Of a stretch of DNA of 46,343 nucleotides, positions 31,401 to 41,641 are shown piece after piece. The position numbers were made by a program, and so were the translations under genes. The notes under the pieces were generated by a model that had not been told where the DNA came from, searched no databases, and saw nothing but the letters and a program-made list of their open reading frames with translations. Each line of letters begins with the position of its first letter. The stretch's first letter is position 1. Source of the DNA: an uncultured Lentisphaerales bacterium (GTDB lineage Bacteria > Verrucomicrobiota > Lentisphaeria > JABSQK01 > UBA12247); assembly GCA_943788985.1 (NCBI GenBank), contig CALSSJ010000019.1:1-46343 (forward strand), written 5' to 3'.

Positions 31401-34400
31401 GCCCCTCAATCCGATCGATGACCTGATTGGTGAAGGGGATGAAACCGTAAACTTGGCAATCACTGGGATCAACGGGCCGGGCGTGCCGGGCGCTCAGACC
31501 GAGCATTCCGTTACCATCAACGATGACGACACCAGCTTCAGCTTCGCAGCCAGCAGCAGCACCGTTGCGGAGTCCGCAGGTGCCCAATCCGTGGTTGTGA
31601 CCTTGAGTGCCGGTGTCGCCCTGACAGTAGATGCTACCGTCGATGTTATGGATCTCCTCAGTGGGAGTGCGACTAACGGTGCCGACTACATCTCCCCAGG
31701 CACTGCGACCCTCAAACTTTCCCGCCGGCAGCACGGATGGCACGACTCAGTCCGTGAGCATCGTCATCAGTTCTGATCTCTCGCCAGAGTCCTCGGAGAC
31801 GATTGACCTGGTCTTGCAGAATCCCACCGGGGAACCCTCCGTGAGCACAGGAACCACCCACACGGTCACTATCACAGACGATGACATCCCGTCTGTTGCG
31901 TTCCAGAGCGCGGCCATGAGCGTGAGTGAAAGCGGCGCATCCCAGTCTGTCGTAGTGGTCCTGACCACGCCAGGGGGCGTTATCACCAGCGCTGTGACCG
32001 TACAACTCAGCGACTTGCTCACGGGAACCGCTACCAGCAACACAGATTACAGTACCTTTGCCACCGCAACCTTGAACTTTCCCGCCGGGAGCGCCTCGGG
32101 CGCTACCCAAGTCGGCACCTTAACTGTCACCGACGACACGGATGACGAATCGAATGAGACGGTTCAATTCCGCCTCGCTAGCGTCAGCGGCGGCCCGAAT
32201 GCCATCTTGGGTGCCACGACTAACCACACCGCGACCATCAATGACAACGACGGTCTCGAAGTCGTCAAGTCTGTATCTGCCACCAACCAGGCCCACACCA
32301 CCGGGACCGCGGTGACCATCGGCGAGATCATCACCTACTCCTACCTCGTCACGATCCCGGAAACAGCCTCGACCTTTGACCTGCGCAGCACCGACACCCT
32401 GCCGGCCAACCTGACGTTCGAGGCTGGCACCGTCTCCGTCGCGACTGGAAACGCCGGCATGTCCATCGCCGGCACCACCACAACCTGGACGCCACCGACC
32501 TTGCAGATCGACCTAACCACCGTGGCCAACCCGGCCAATGGCGACGGTTCAGACGACTTCCTAACCATCACCTACCAAGCGCTGGTTGCGAACACCGCAA
32601 CCAACGAAGCTGGCCAGACCAAGACCAACACCGTGCAAGTGACAGACTTCAGCGACACAGTCAGCGATTCCACCACGGTAACCATCGTTGAGCCAGACGT
32701 CAGCGTCACCAAGACCGTGGCCGACATTACGCGCTGCGATGGAGTCGCTAGCATCGTCACCCCTGGCGATGTCCTTGAATACAGCCTGGTCGTGACCGAG
32801 ACCAATGCCATCGACGCCTTCGACCTCAGCATTACCGATGTCCTCGATGAAGGCCTCGCCTACGACACCTCGTTTACCCCGATCGTCACCGGCACCGGAA
32901 ACACCATTAGCGCGGGCAGCACTAGTGGCACCGGCGGAGTGGGCGATCCCCAGACCATCACCTGGAGCTTGGCGCTGGCCAACGCCGACATCGACGTCGA
33001 GCCAAGCAACAGCATCACCATCACCTACCGTGTCACGGTGCTCGCCACTGCCACACCGAGTGCCACCCTCAACAACACCGCCACCATCGGCTTCTCTTCG
33101 ATCGACGGCAGCGATGCGAATGAGCGGTCCGACGCCAGCGCCCCCGGCACCAATGACTACCAGAGTCAGGCCACCATCTCCGTCAGCGTCAAACCAAGCG
33201 GCACCACCTTCAGCATCCCCGCCTCCCGCCGCCGTACTCCCACCTTCATCGATGCGGCTGGCAACATCACTGGCCCAGGCGGCCCGGCGGTACTGACCGC
33301 AGATGACTCCTTATCCCTGACCGATGGCTCCGGTGTCACCATCACCGGCGACGGCATCTCTGGACCGCCCCCCGTCGGGGCTCCTGACATCACCGTGGTC
33401 GCTGGGGCAACCGCCACCATCATCACCGACGGCACTGCCAGTTTCAACTATGGCGTCGTCACCATCAACACCGGCGCCACGCTGACGCTAACTGGCGACA
33501 CCACCATCTCGTTCGAGCAGATCGTCATGACGAGCGGCTCCACGTTGGTACTGCCGGACAGCACCAGCCTGACCGTCACTGGGCCCTGCGAGCTAAACGG
33601 CGGCGTCGGGATCGCTAACTACGTCACCATCCGCGCCGCTGGCTCGGGCCCGCTTAGCATCACCTTCCAGTGTTCATTTACCGGCGACCATTTCCGCATC
33701 GAAGACATCGGCACCGGCACCGTCACCTTCGATGGCGACACCCAGATCGACTACGCCATCTTTCTCGATGGCTGTCTGGGCGGCGTCTACGTCCAGTACA
33801 ACGATAGCGACGACGTCACTTGGACTAACCTGGCATTTCACTGCGATTGTACCCCCACCAAGACCACGATCGCGACCGGAGCCGCTGGTGGCAACGTTAC
33901 CGTAGACGGCTATGCGCAGACCATCGCCACCCGTTGGTGCGGTGGCGACACCACCGACAGCGAGACCGGCGGCGCCGTCACCTGGCTCAACGCCACGCCA
34001 GTCCGTGACCTTGTAGGCTCCGTCGAAGCCGCTGCCGAGGGCGGTGTGACCGTGGCCTGGCAGACCATCCAGGAAGCCATGGTCGCTCACTTCCGCGTCG
34101 AGCGTCAGTCAGCCGCTGCGAACTCCGCAATTTTCACGGAAATCGGCCGGGCCTTCGCCATTGCGGAAGAGTTTGGCGATGCCGACTACACATTCCTCGA
34201 CCGTAGCGCCGATCCTGGCGTCGCCTATCGCTATCGTATCAACGTCATCGATACCGACGGCACCCATCGCTGGTACGACCTCGGCGAAGCCACCGCCACC
34301 GGCAAGGCGCACCCAGCGCCACGCCGCGCCCAGCCACGAGCAGACAACACGCCGGTCGCCAACTCCGTCACCGTCACCACGCCAGACTACCAAGTTGCGA

Positions 34401-36499
34401 CATACGCCGCCGACACACCTGCCCAGAGCGGCACCGCCAGCAAAGCTGCGGTTTTCGCATCTGGGCTCTACATCGTCCCCGGCAGCAACCCGGTCTACAA
34501 CTTCGGCACCCAGCTTCCGCGCCTCGGCGACAACCAGTCCTTCGTCTTCGTGCGTGGCGTCAACGACTACTACACCGATTCCAACGTGATCTGGACCGGC
34601 CTGCTCCAGGCCACTGGCGCTGCCTCCACCGGGCCGGGACTGACGCTTGATGGAACCCTCTCGACAGCAGGCTATATCGGGCGCCATCACGTCGAATCCA
34701 ATCAGTCCTTCTCGCCAAACTCCGACCTGCCTGCAGGCCCTAACTGGTACTACAAGACCCGCATCAATACCGAATCCACGCTATCTGTCAACGTCACACT
34801 GCCTCCGCCCACTACCGGCACTGCCACGATTCGCGTGGCGACTCGCACCAACTCTGACATCGCCCATACCCTGACCGTCCGCTGCAACGACATCGTCATC
34901 GGCACTGCCGACTGGTTAGGCGGCGGCCATCGCCAGATCGAGCTGACATGCGCTAGCGACGTCCTGCGCAGCGGCGACAACACCGTGACACTCAGCACCA
35001 CCAATGCTGCCAGTGAGCATCGCCTTGACTGGATCGAAATCGATACCCCAACCGAACTATCGGTGGGCAGTAATGGCGTCACCATACAGGCTACAGAAGC
35101 CGTTTTTCTCAGCCTGCCAAGCAGTAGTTTTGCCGTCGATGTTACCGATTTTGGCAACGAGCACATCTTGCCAGCATCCAACGGCACAGTCGCCGTCCCA
35201 GCTGGCCACCTCATCCATGTTGCGAACTCCGCGAAGCCGCTGACTTGGTCCAGCCCGACCACTCTCGTGAGTCCAAGCCTGGCCTCCGTGCAGTACATTG
35301 CCGTTGCACCCGCGGCTTGGCTCGGGCGACTCCAGCAGATTGTCGCAAAGCGCGGGATGCGCACCCTCCTCATCTCGCTGGAAGACGTGAATGATATCTA
35401 TGGCGCTGGCTTGTTCGGGCCTGCTGGTCTGGTGGGCCTGACCCAACGTGCCCAGGCCGACTACCTGCTCCTCGGCGCTGGGACGACCTACGACTACAAG
35501 AACTTCGAAGGCCGCAGCACAGATCTTGGGATTCCAACAGGGTGGATTCAGGTCCGTGAAGGCATGGCCGCAACCGATGACATCTACAGCGCAAACTTCA
35601 CCACCGCCGTCGGCCGCCTCCCGGCTCGATCGAGCAACGAGCTTCTTAACATGGTCAACAAGATCGTTGAATTTGAACCGTCACAACGCGTGGTTCTGCT
35701 GCCAGACCGTGACGACAGCGAAGGTGGCGTCAACCGTTTCTCAGAAGCGCAGGCATCGATCCAGCATCTAGTGCCGACGGTCCTGATCGAGACCGAGACC
35801 CAGGACAACGCCGCCATCCGTCGCGACCTCATCGCCGCGATCCAGTCTGGTGCACGCACCGTCGCCTTCCAGGGCCATGCTGGCTTCCAGGAGATTGGCG
35901 ATGGCTTCGTCGATGTCAACAACGCATCCTCCTTCCCGACCAGCGCCTGGCTCCTCTCTACCTGCCTGACCGGTAGCTACTTCGTCAACACCAGCGCCCC
36001 CACGCTGGCACGCACACTCTTGAATACCCCGAATGCTGGCGGTGCCATGGTGATCGCCAGCACCCGCTTTGGCAATGCCGATTACGAGCATCAGATGATT
36101 ACCAAGGCGCTTGAGATCATGGCTGCTGATGGCGGCAGCTGGGGCCAGATCCTACAGACTCTGAAGCGCGATCTGGACCATGAAACCATGGCCGTGTTCC
36201 AGCTGTTTGGCGATCCAGCCATGGCCAGTTCGGCCAGCGACGATCCCCGTTCGATCAGCTTGCGCAGTCCGCAAGGCGGTGGCTTAGCTGGCGCTAATAG
36301 CACAGTGACCATCGAGTTTCACCTGCAGGGCGAAGGCTGGTGGGATGATACTCTGACCATCAGCTACCGCCGCCCTGGGGCACCCTGGCTGATAATCCGC
36401 CAGCTCAGTGCCGTACCTGGCCAGAGCGAGTACAGCATGGACTGGTTCCCCCCCACCGACGGTGAAGGCTACCAGATCAAGATTGAGGTCGCCGAATAG
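22417..36499 (+). CDS. Second giant adhesin-like paralog (about 4690 aa): DOMON/CBM9-like N-terminal domain, 24 Calx-beta-like repeats, isopeptide/DUF11 domains, PVEL-like domain, C25 peptidase; four +1 frameshifts
   Basis: Signal peptide MLSPLRIVGLLLFFWGIGVCA. ORFs 22366, 26492, 29808, 30436 and 31631 join seamlessly after removing single bases at about 26382, 29936-40 (G5), 30445-49 (C5) and 31714-16 (A3). The 3' part is colinear with the first gene. Confidence 0.85.
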
Positions 36500-36600
36500 G
36501 GGAGGGCTTCACTGGGAGCGTCGGAGGCATCTGGCAACAGAGCCTGCTCGTTCCTCGGTTCACGCGCCACGAATGCCAGATGCGTCCGGCGGTCCCAGTG
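31892..36600 (+). repeat. About 4.7-kb direct duplication of 17461-22176
   Basis: Constant offset of 14431 at four checked anchors (17461/31892, 18121/32552, 21445/35876, 22068/36499). Includes the downstream REP element. Confidence 0.92.
36510..36600. repeat. REP-doublet (REPIN-like) inverted repeat, copy 2, between convergent genes
   Basis: Arms cactgggagcgtcggaggcatctggca (36510-36536) and tgccagatgcgtccggcggtcccagtg (36574-36600). Homologous to 22081-22176. Confidence 0.8.
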
Positions 36601-36620
36601 AGATAACGTCAGACTTAAAA

Positions 36621-37763
36621 TCAGTAGGGCTGAAAGGCGGTTACGAAGTCCGCAATTAGGTCTTCGACGGCTTCGATGCCGACAGAGAAGCGGATCAGCC
36701 CGTTGGTGATCCCGACCTTCTCGCGCTCGGACTGCGGGATGCTTGCGTGTGTCATGCTCGCGGGATGGCAGACCAGCGACTCGACGCCGCCTAGGCTTTC
36801 GGCCAAGGCGAAGTAGCGAAACTTTCCCAAACACTCGCGAATCTCAGTGAGATCACGGTCGATTTCCATCGTCACAATTCCGGAGCCGCCACGCATCTGG
36901 CGCTTGGCTAACTCGTGCTGAGGATGCGAGGCGAGGAACGGATAGCGCACCCAGTTCACTTGCGCGTCTTGCTCGAGGTGGCTAGCAAAGGCCAGGGCGT
37001 TGGTCGCGTGTTGGGCCATGCGCACGGCCAGCGTCTTGACCCCGCGTTGTATCAGCCAGGTGTCGAACGGTGATGGATTCAGGCCGATCGCTTTCTGAGC
37101 AAAGACCATCTTTTCATACCAGTCGGGATCGTTGGTGGTGACCAGGCCGCCTAAGCAATCCGAATGCCCGTTGATGTATTTGGTGGTAGAGGTGACGCAG
37201 ACGTTGGCGCCAAGCTCGAGCGGTGATTGGAAGTAGGGGGAGGCAAAGGTGTTGTCTACCACCAGTCGGGCATTTGCGGACTTGGCAACGGCTGAGATTG
37301 CAGCGATGTCCAGGACCTTGAGCATCGGATTCGTGGGGGACTCGATCCAGACCAGATCGGGAGCTAGGTCTGCGATTTTCGCAATGTTTGCGGAGTTTGC
37401 AAAATCGAGGTAGGTGACATAAACGCCAAATTTCTCGAAGACGCGATCGAACAGTCGATAGGTGCAGCCGTAGACATTTTCTTCGGCGACGACATGGGAG
37501 CCGGTCTTGAGGGTGGAGACGATCGCGCTGATGGCGGCCATGCCGCTGGCAAAGACGGTTGCGAACTTCGCACGGTCAAGGGCGCTGAGGGTTTGTTCGA
37601 GATTAGTGAAGTTTGGGTTCCCAGAGCGGGTGTAGTCGTAGCCACGTGTGTCACCCGGGGCAAACTGGGCAAAGGTAGAGGTGGCATAAATGGGCGGGAT
37701 CACCGCGCCGGTGTGGGGCTCAGGTTCCTGGCCTTGGTGTATGGCTGCGGTCTCAAGTCTCAC
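36621..37763 (-). CDS. Cystathionine gamma-lyase/synthase family PLP enzyme (Cys/Met metabolism)
   Basis: GAVIPPIYATSTF, YDYTRSGNP, FASGMAA, WIESPTNP, VVDNTFASPY, STTKYINGHSD (PLP Lys), LAESLGGVESL, LIRFSVGIE. Confidence 0.93.
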   Translation of the reverse strand: MRLETAAIHQGQEPEPHTGAVIPPIYATSTFAQFAPGDTRGYDYTRSGNPNFTNLEQTLSALDRAKFATVFASGMAAISAIVSTLKTGSHVVAEENVYGCTYRLFDRVFEKFGVYVTYLDFANSANIAKIADLAPDLVWIESPTNPMLKVLDIAAISAVAKSANARLVVDNTFASPYFQSPLELGANVCVTSTTKYINGHSDCLGGLVTTNDPDWYEKMVFAQKAIGLNPSPFDTWLIQRGVKTLAVRMAQHATNALAFASHLEQDAQVNWVRYPFLASHPQHELAKRQMRGGSGIVTMEIDRDLTEIRECLGKFRYFALAESLGGVESLVCHPASMTHASIPQSEREKVGITNGLIRFSVGIEAVEDLIADFVTAFQPY

Positions 37764-39126
37764 GAAACATCTCCAGTACGGTGTCTATGGTATGCTCAGC
37801 CAAGGCGGCATTGACCGTAACCAGGCGGGCAGCAGGTGAGCCGTTTACGTCGGCGTAGTTGATCATGCAACTGCCTTCGCGCTGGAGTCGATTGCGTACG
37901 GCAACAGTGCGGCTGCCATCGGTGTCGCCGCGCAGTCGGAAGCAGACCATGAGGGTCTGACGCGGGCAGGCGAGTTCGAGATGTGCGGAGTCCGCAACGC
38001 GGGCTTCGGCATAGGCGGCAAGGGCAAAGAAGCGGTCAATGCGGTCGGCAAAGCCTTGGTCTCCGTGGTGCTGCCAGGCAAGCCAGAGTTTGAGGGCATC
38101 GACGCGTCGTCCGCACTGCAGCGAGGCGTGCCCGAGGTCGCAGGCACCGCTGGCAGTTTCCTCATGAAAGAGGTAGTCAGCTCGGCCGACGTCGCAGACG
38201 TCGCGCAGGACAGTGGGCTGGCGGGTGAGGATGGTGGCGCTAACCAGCGGCATGCTCAGCAGTTTATGGGGATCCCAAGTGACGGAGTCGGCATGCTCAA
38301 TCCCCTGCAGGAGGGGGTGCTGGGTGGGGCTGAGTAGCAAGCTGCCACCGAAGGCGCCGTCGACATGAAACCAGAGGTTGTTCTGAGTTGCGAACTCCGC
38401 AAGTTCTGGCAGCGGGTCGATGGCGCCTTTTACGGTGGTGCCAGCGGTGGCAGCTAGGAAGAAGGGGAGGGCGTTGTCGGCGCGTGCTACCGCGACGGCT
38501 TTGCGGAGATCGCAAAGAGACATTCGGCCGTCGGCATCGGTCGGGACGCGGATTAGGTTTTGGGTGCCGAGCCCGAGCACGGCTGCTGCCTTGGCAAAGG
38601 AGTAGTGGGCTTCCGCAGAGATGAAGGCACGGAGTGGGGGCGCGCCGCTGAGCCCGAGCACAGTGACCTCTGGCTGGACGCGTTGCCGGGCGCAGAGCAT
38701 GGCAAGCATGTTGGCGTTGCTCCCGCCAGTGACGAATTGCCCGCCACCGCCAGTGAGCCCAGCCGAGGCGAGCATACGCTCGATGAGAACTTGCTCGATG
38801 AGCGTGCCAGCGGGTGCTACTTCGTAGGTGTACATGGAGGCATTGGTGGCAGCAGCCAAGATCTCGCCGGCGATTCCAGCCGGGTCGCTGCCGCCGAATA
38901 GCTGGTTGATGAACAACGGGGAGTGCGTGCGCACGGAGTGCTGCAGATAGCGCGCCATGGCGTCTATGACTGCGCTGGTGGGCTGTGGCTGGGCTGGGAG
39001 TTCGAGTTGCAAGGCGTCCCGCAGCGCCGCAGGCTCGAGCCGGCGGCAGACGGGGGTGTCTGTGCTCAGGAACTCCCGCGCCAGACGGACGGCTTCATCG
39101 AGCAGTGTGAGATCGTCGGATTTCAA
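37753..39126 (-). CDS. Group II PLP-dependent decarboxylase, CSAD/GADL1-like
   Basis: FINQLFGG, SMYTYEVAP, GGSNANM, AHYS, ATAGTTVKGAIDP, HVDGAFGG, WDPHK (PLP Lys), LQCGRRVDALKLWL. Confidence 0.9.
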   Translation of the reverse strand: MKSDDLTLLDEAVRLAREFLSTDTPVCRRLEPAALRDALQLELPAQPQPTSAVIDAMARYLQHSVRTHSPLFINQLFGGSDPAGIAGEILAAATNASMYTYEVAPAGTLIEQVLIERMLASAGLTGGGGQFVTGGSNANMLAMLCARQRVQPEVTVLGLSGAPPLRAFISAEAHYSFAKAAAVLGLGTQNLIRVPTDADGRMSLCDLRKAVAVARADNALPFFLAATAGTTVKGAIDPLPELAEFATQNNLWFHVDGAFGGSLLLSPTQHPLLQGIEHADSVTWDPHKLLSMPLVSATILTRQPTVLRDVCDVGRADYLFHEETASGACDLGHASLQCGRRVDALKLWLAWQHHGDQGFADRIDRFFALAAYAEARVADSAHLELACPRQTLMVCFRLRGDTDGSRTVAVRNRLQREGSCMINYADVNGSPAARLVTVNAALAEHTIDTVLEMFRET

Positions 39127-40280
39127 ATGATGCCCGCCAGCCAGAGAACCAGAATTGTGATGAGCAGAGCGGCGCCAGCAATGAGAAAGGGCACAGTGGA
39201 TTTCTGCCCTGAATCTGGCTCGGGAATTGTATCTGGCGCAGGTGTGACGGAGCGCTTTGCCGTCGCGATCTTTTGCGTCGGACGGGCCTTGGAGTTCTTG
39301 GTCGCAGGTGCCTGAGCCTGATCACGAATGTAGGCTTCGGTGGAGTTGGCCGTGGGATTACTATTGCGGGCTTCTTCGGCTGCCTTTGCGATCTCCGCAA
39401 TCGCGGGGCGATCATCCGGGGAAGGGGAGAGCATGGCGCTGATTAGCTCGCTGAGTTTGCGATCCATATCTTTTCGTAGGCGAAACGGCTCGGGCCGCTT
39501 GGTGTCGCGGATGGCGGCCAGCCGCGACTGGATGTCGACCCCACCGTAGGGAGAGGCACCGGTGAAGAGCACGTAGAAGTGATGCCCCAGGGAGAAGATG
39601 TCCCCCGCGGGGGAAGCGCCTTGGTGAGCGAGAAGCTCCGGAGAGGCTCCCTGAAAGCGATCTTTTTCAAGCGTGAGGATGTTGTAGCCTTCGACATCCC
39701 AGACGGCCTGCAACAAGCCAGCATCTGCCAGCTTGAGTTCGTCATCATCATCCAAGAGGAAGTTCCTCGGGCGTAGGTCTCCATGCGCCAGATGGTTGGT
39801 ATGCAGATGTTGAAGGGCTTGGGCTGCACTGCACAGCCAGGCATAGAGCTGAGGGCTGGAGAAGAGCGCAGGAACGGGGGGGATCTTGCTGTGGACGGTG
39901 CCGTTCTTATAGAATGGCATGGTTAGAAAGGGACGTTCGTCGTGCTCGCCGCAGCTGAAGGTGGTGGCGATGCCGGGATGAGTGGGGGCTGCTGCCGCTT
40001 GTTTTGCCCGGTCGCGAAAGGCGGCTGCCAACGTGGCGTCTTCCTCCACGAGTGGTGCTAGAAATACTTTTACCGCGACCTCGCGATCCAGTGCTGGGTC
40101 GATGGCCTGGTAGACTTCAGTGAGCATGCCTTCACCGACTCTGGCGATAAGGCTTACGGCACCGAATTCGCGCGGGACGGTCAAGGTGGTGGCGCACAAA
40201 GGGCAATTCACTTTTGAGAAGGCCGCCATGTCGGTAACATCGAGCTTCTGTTCGCAGTGGTAGCAACGTATCTTGATCAT
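39123..40280 (-). CDS. Membrane-anchored Ser/Thr kinase-like protein with N-terminal Zn ribbon
   Basis: CYHC...CPLC, VAVK, HGDLRPRN, DAG, SPE, DIFSLG, low-complexity linker and a C-terminal TM helix. Confidence 0.85.
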   Translation of the reverse strand: MIKIRCYHCEQKLDVTDMAAFSKVNCPLCATTLTVPREFGAVSLIARVGEGMLTEVYQAIDPALDREVAVKVFLAPLVEEDATLAAAFRDRAKQAAAAPTHPGIATTFSCGEHDERPFLTMPFYKNGTVHSKIPPVPALFSSPQLYAWLCSAAQALQHLHTNHLAHGDLRPRNFLLDDDDELKLADAGLLQAVWDVEGYNILTLEKDRFQGASPELLAHQGASPAGDIFSLGHHFYVLFTGASPYGGVDIQSRLAAIRDTKRPEPFRLRKDMDRKLSELISAMLSPSPDDRPAIAEIAKAAEEARNSNPTANSTEAYIRDQAQAPATKNSKARPTQKIATAKRSVTPAPDTIPEPDSGQKSTVPFLIAGAALLITILVLWLAGII

Positions 40281-40686
40281 GTGCGAAGCTTTGCTGTGAG
40301 ATCGATGTAGGGCTGCGCTCCTGTCCTATGATGACGCCCTCGACCTGTGGCAGCTGGCCAGGGTTGTGAGACAGCTGCATAACGGAACGTTCCACGTCGC
40401 AAAATTGTACGTGGCGCGTAGCCGAACTCGCCGATGTCGGCTGTTGATCTAGCTGGCTTGAGGACGATGATCATGATCGATTCCGAAGGTCTGAGAGCTG
40501 GGAAAGGTAGATCAGGACCGTTGAATTGACAATGGGAGCAGGAAGCCTTCAACAATAACCAACAGCCAACAGGGAATTTTGAATCGCCAATGATGACCGT
40601 TGAGCATGCAATCCAGCTCCTGGGGATTGGCCTGACGGCGCTCTCGTACGCTCCGCTTTGGGCTAATGCGACCGACGCGCCGGCGA

Positions 40687-41441
40687 TTAATCGCCGGGGG
40701 AGAAGATGCCGCTGGAACTGAAAGTGACGCTCCCGCTATAGGTTTTGGCGGCGCCAGAGAGGCGCAGGGTGCTGGCCGTAATCTTCGTGACTGAGCCGGT
40801 GCCAGTGATGTTGTAGCTCAGTGATTGCGTCGCTGTGCTGCTGTATGTGAGCCCCAGCGTTGTTGATGGCGATGTCCCGCGCGTAGCTGCCACTGTTGAG
40901 CCTGCCCGAGTCGGCGACGGCGAGTGTGCCCGCGTTGATCGTGATCGCGTTGCCGGCTTGGGACATGTTATTGGTCGTGTCTGTAAGAGTTAGGACGCCG
41001 TTGCCATTCTTCACCATGCCCCAGCGATCGTGTCTCACGGACACTTGAAGGTCAACCGTATCTGGGCCATTCGCAACCGTGTAAATGCTGAAAAATGTAT
41101 GCTGCATGTTGAAGCGGTCGCCGCTGACGGTGTGCTTCGAACCACCCGTCGTCACGAACGTACTCGTGCGCCAAAGGAGGGCGTCGAAATCTATGGTGCC
41201 GCCGCCATCGCTATCGAAGGTGAATGTATCCGGGTGTGGCGTTATTCCAGGAAGCGGTGGCCCCGCCCGCGTGAGCGGAATCCCAGTTTGCAGTTGTGGT
41301 GTCCCAGGTGCTATTGCCGCCATCCGCATTTCCTGTTGTATCGGTGTGATCCTAGTGGAAGTTGGCACTGCCTACGGGACTCGCAGCAAGAAGTACGGCC
41401 AGAATCAGGACTGGCAAACAAGCCGTGTAAGACAGGGACAT
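40687..41441 (-). pseudogene. Autotransporter-associated beta-strand repeat (PATR) protein relic
   Basis: SD gaaggga, ATG 41441, signal peptide, NFH*D (stop where W is expected), GGNSTWDTTTANW. PATR-like KNGNGVLTLT..N....ITINAGTL and KITASTLRLSGAAKTYSG. Frameshifts, truncated. Confidence 0.7.
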
Positions 41442-41641
41442 GGCATCCCTTCTCTACGGTATTATTGACACCTGTGCGCATCGTATCTAAGCGCGCAACT
41501 CTCGGCCCTTTCAAAACGTCGCGCGATCTGCAATCGACAGGTTCATTTACCAGTGATAAGGCGTCCTTGCCGATCTGTCAACGAGTTCCATATAGGCAAA
41601 TAGTCGAAAGGGGTTGATGAACTCGATTGCTATTGCTATCG

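Noticed and set aside
26380..31720. Phase variation or programmed frameshifting in giant gene 2
   Set aside because: Runs are only 3-5 nt, one site is not a homopolymer, and the same +1 pattern hits unrelated genes, so error is more likely.
10195..32250. CRISPR or DNA tandem array
   Set aside because: Repeats are about 360-bp diverged protein domains, not identical short repeats with spacers; no cas genes.
10361..36312. Dozens of short antisense or alternate-frame ORFs inside the giant genes (e.g. 18880..20259 -)
   Set aside because: Shadows of the repetitive, GC-rich coding strand; no recognisable motifs.
40277..40555. 92-aa ORF overlapping the kinase start (ATGA)
   Set aside because: TTG start, no clear SD or motif; cannot be supported, though not excluded.
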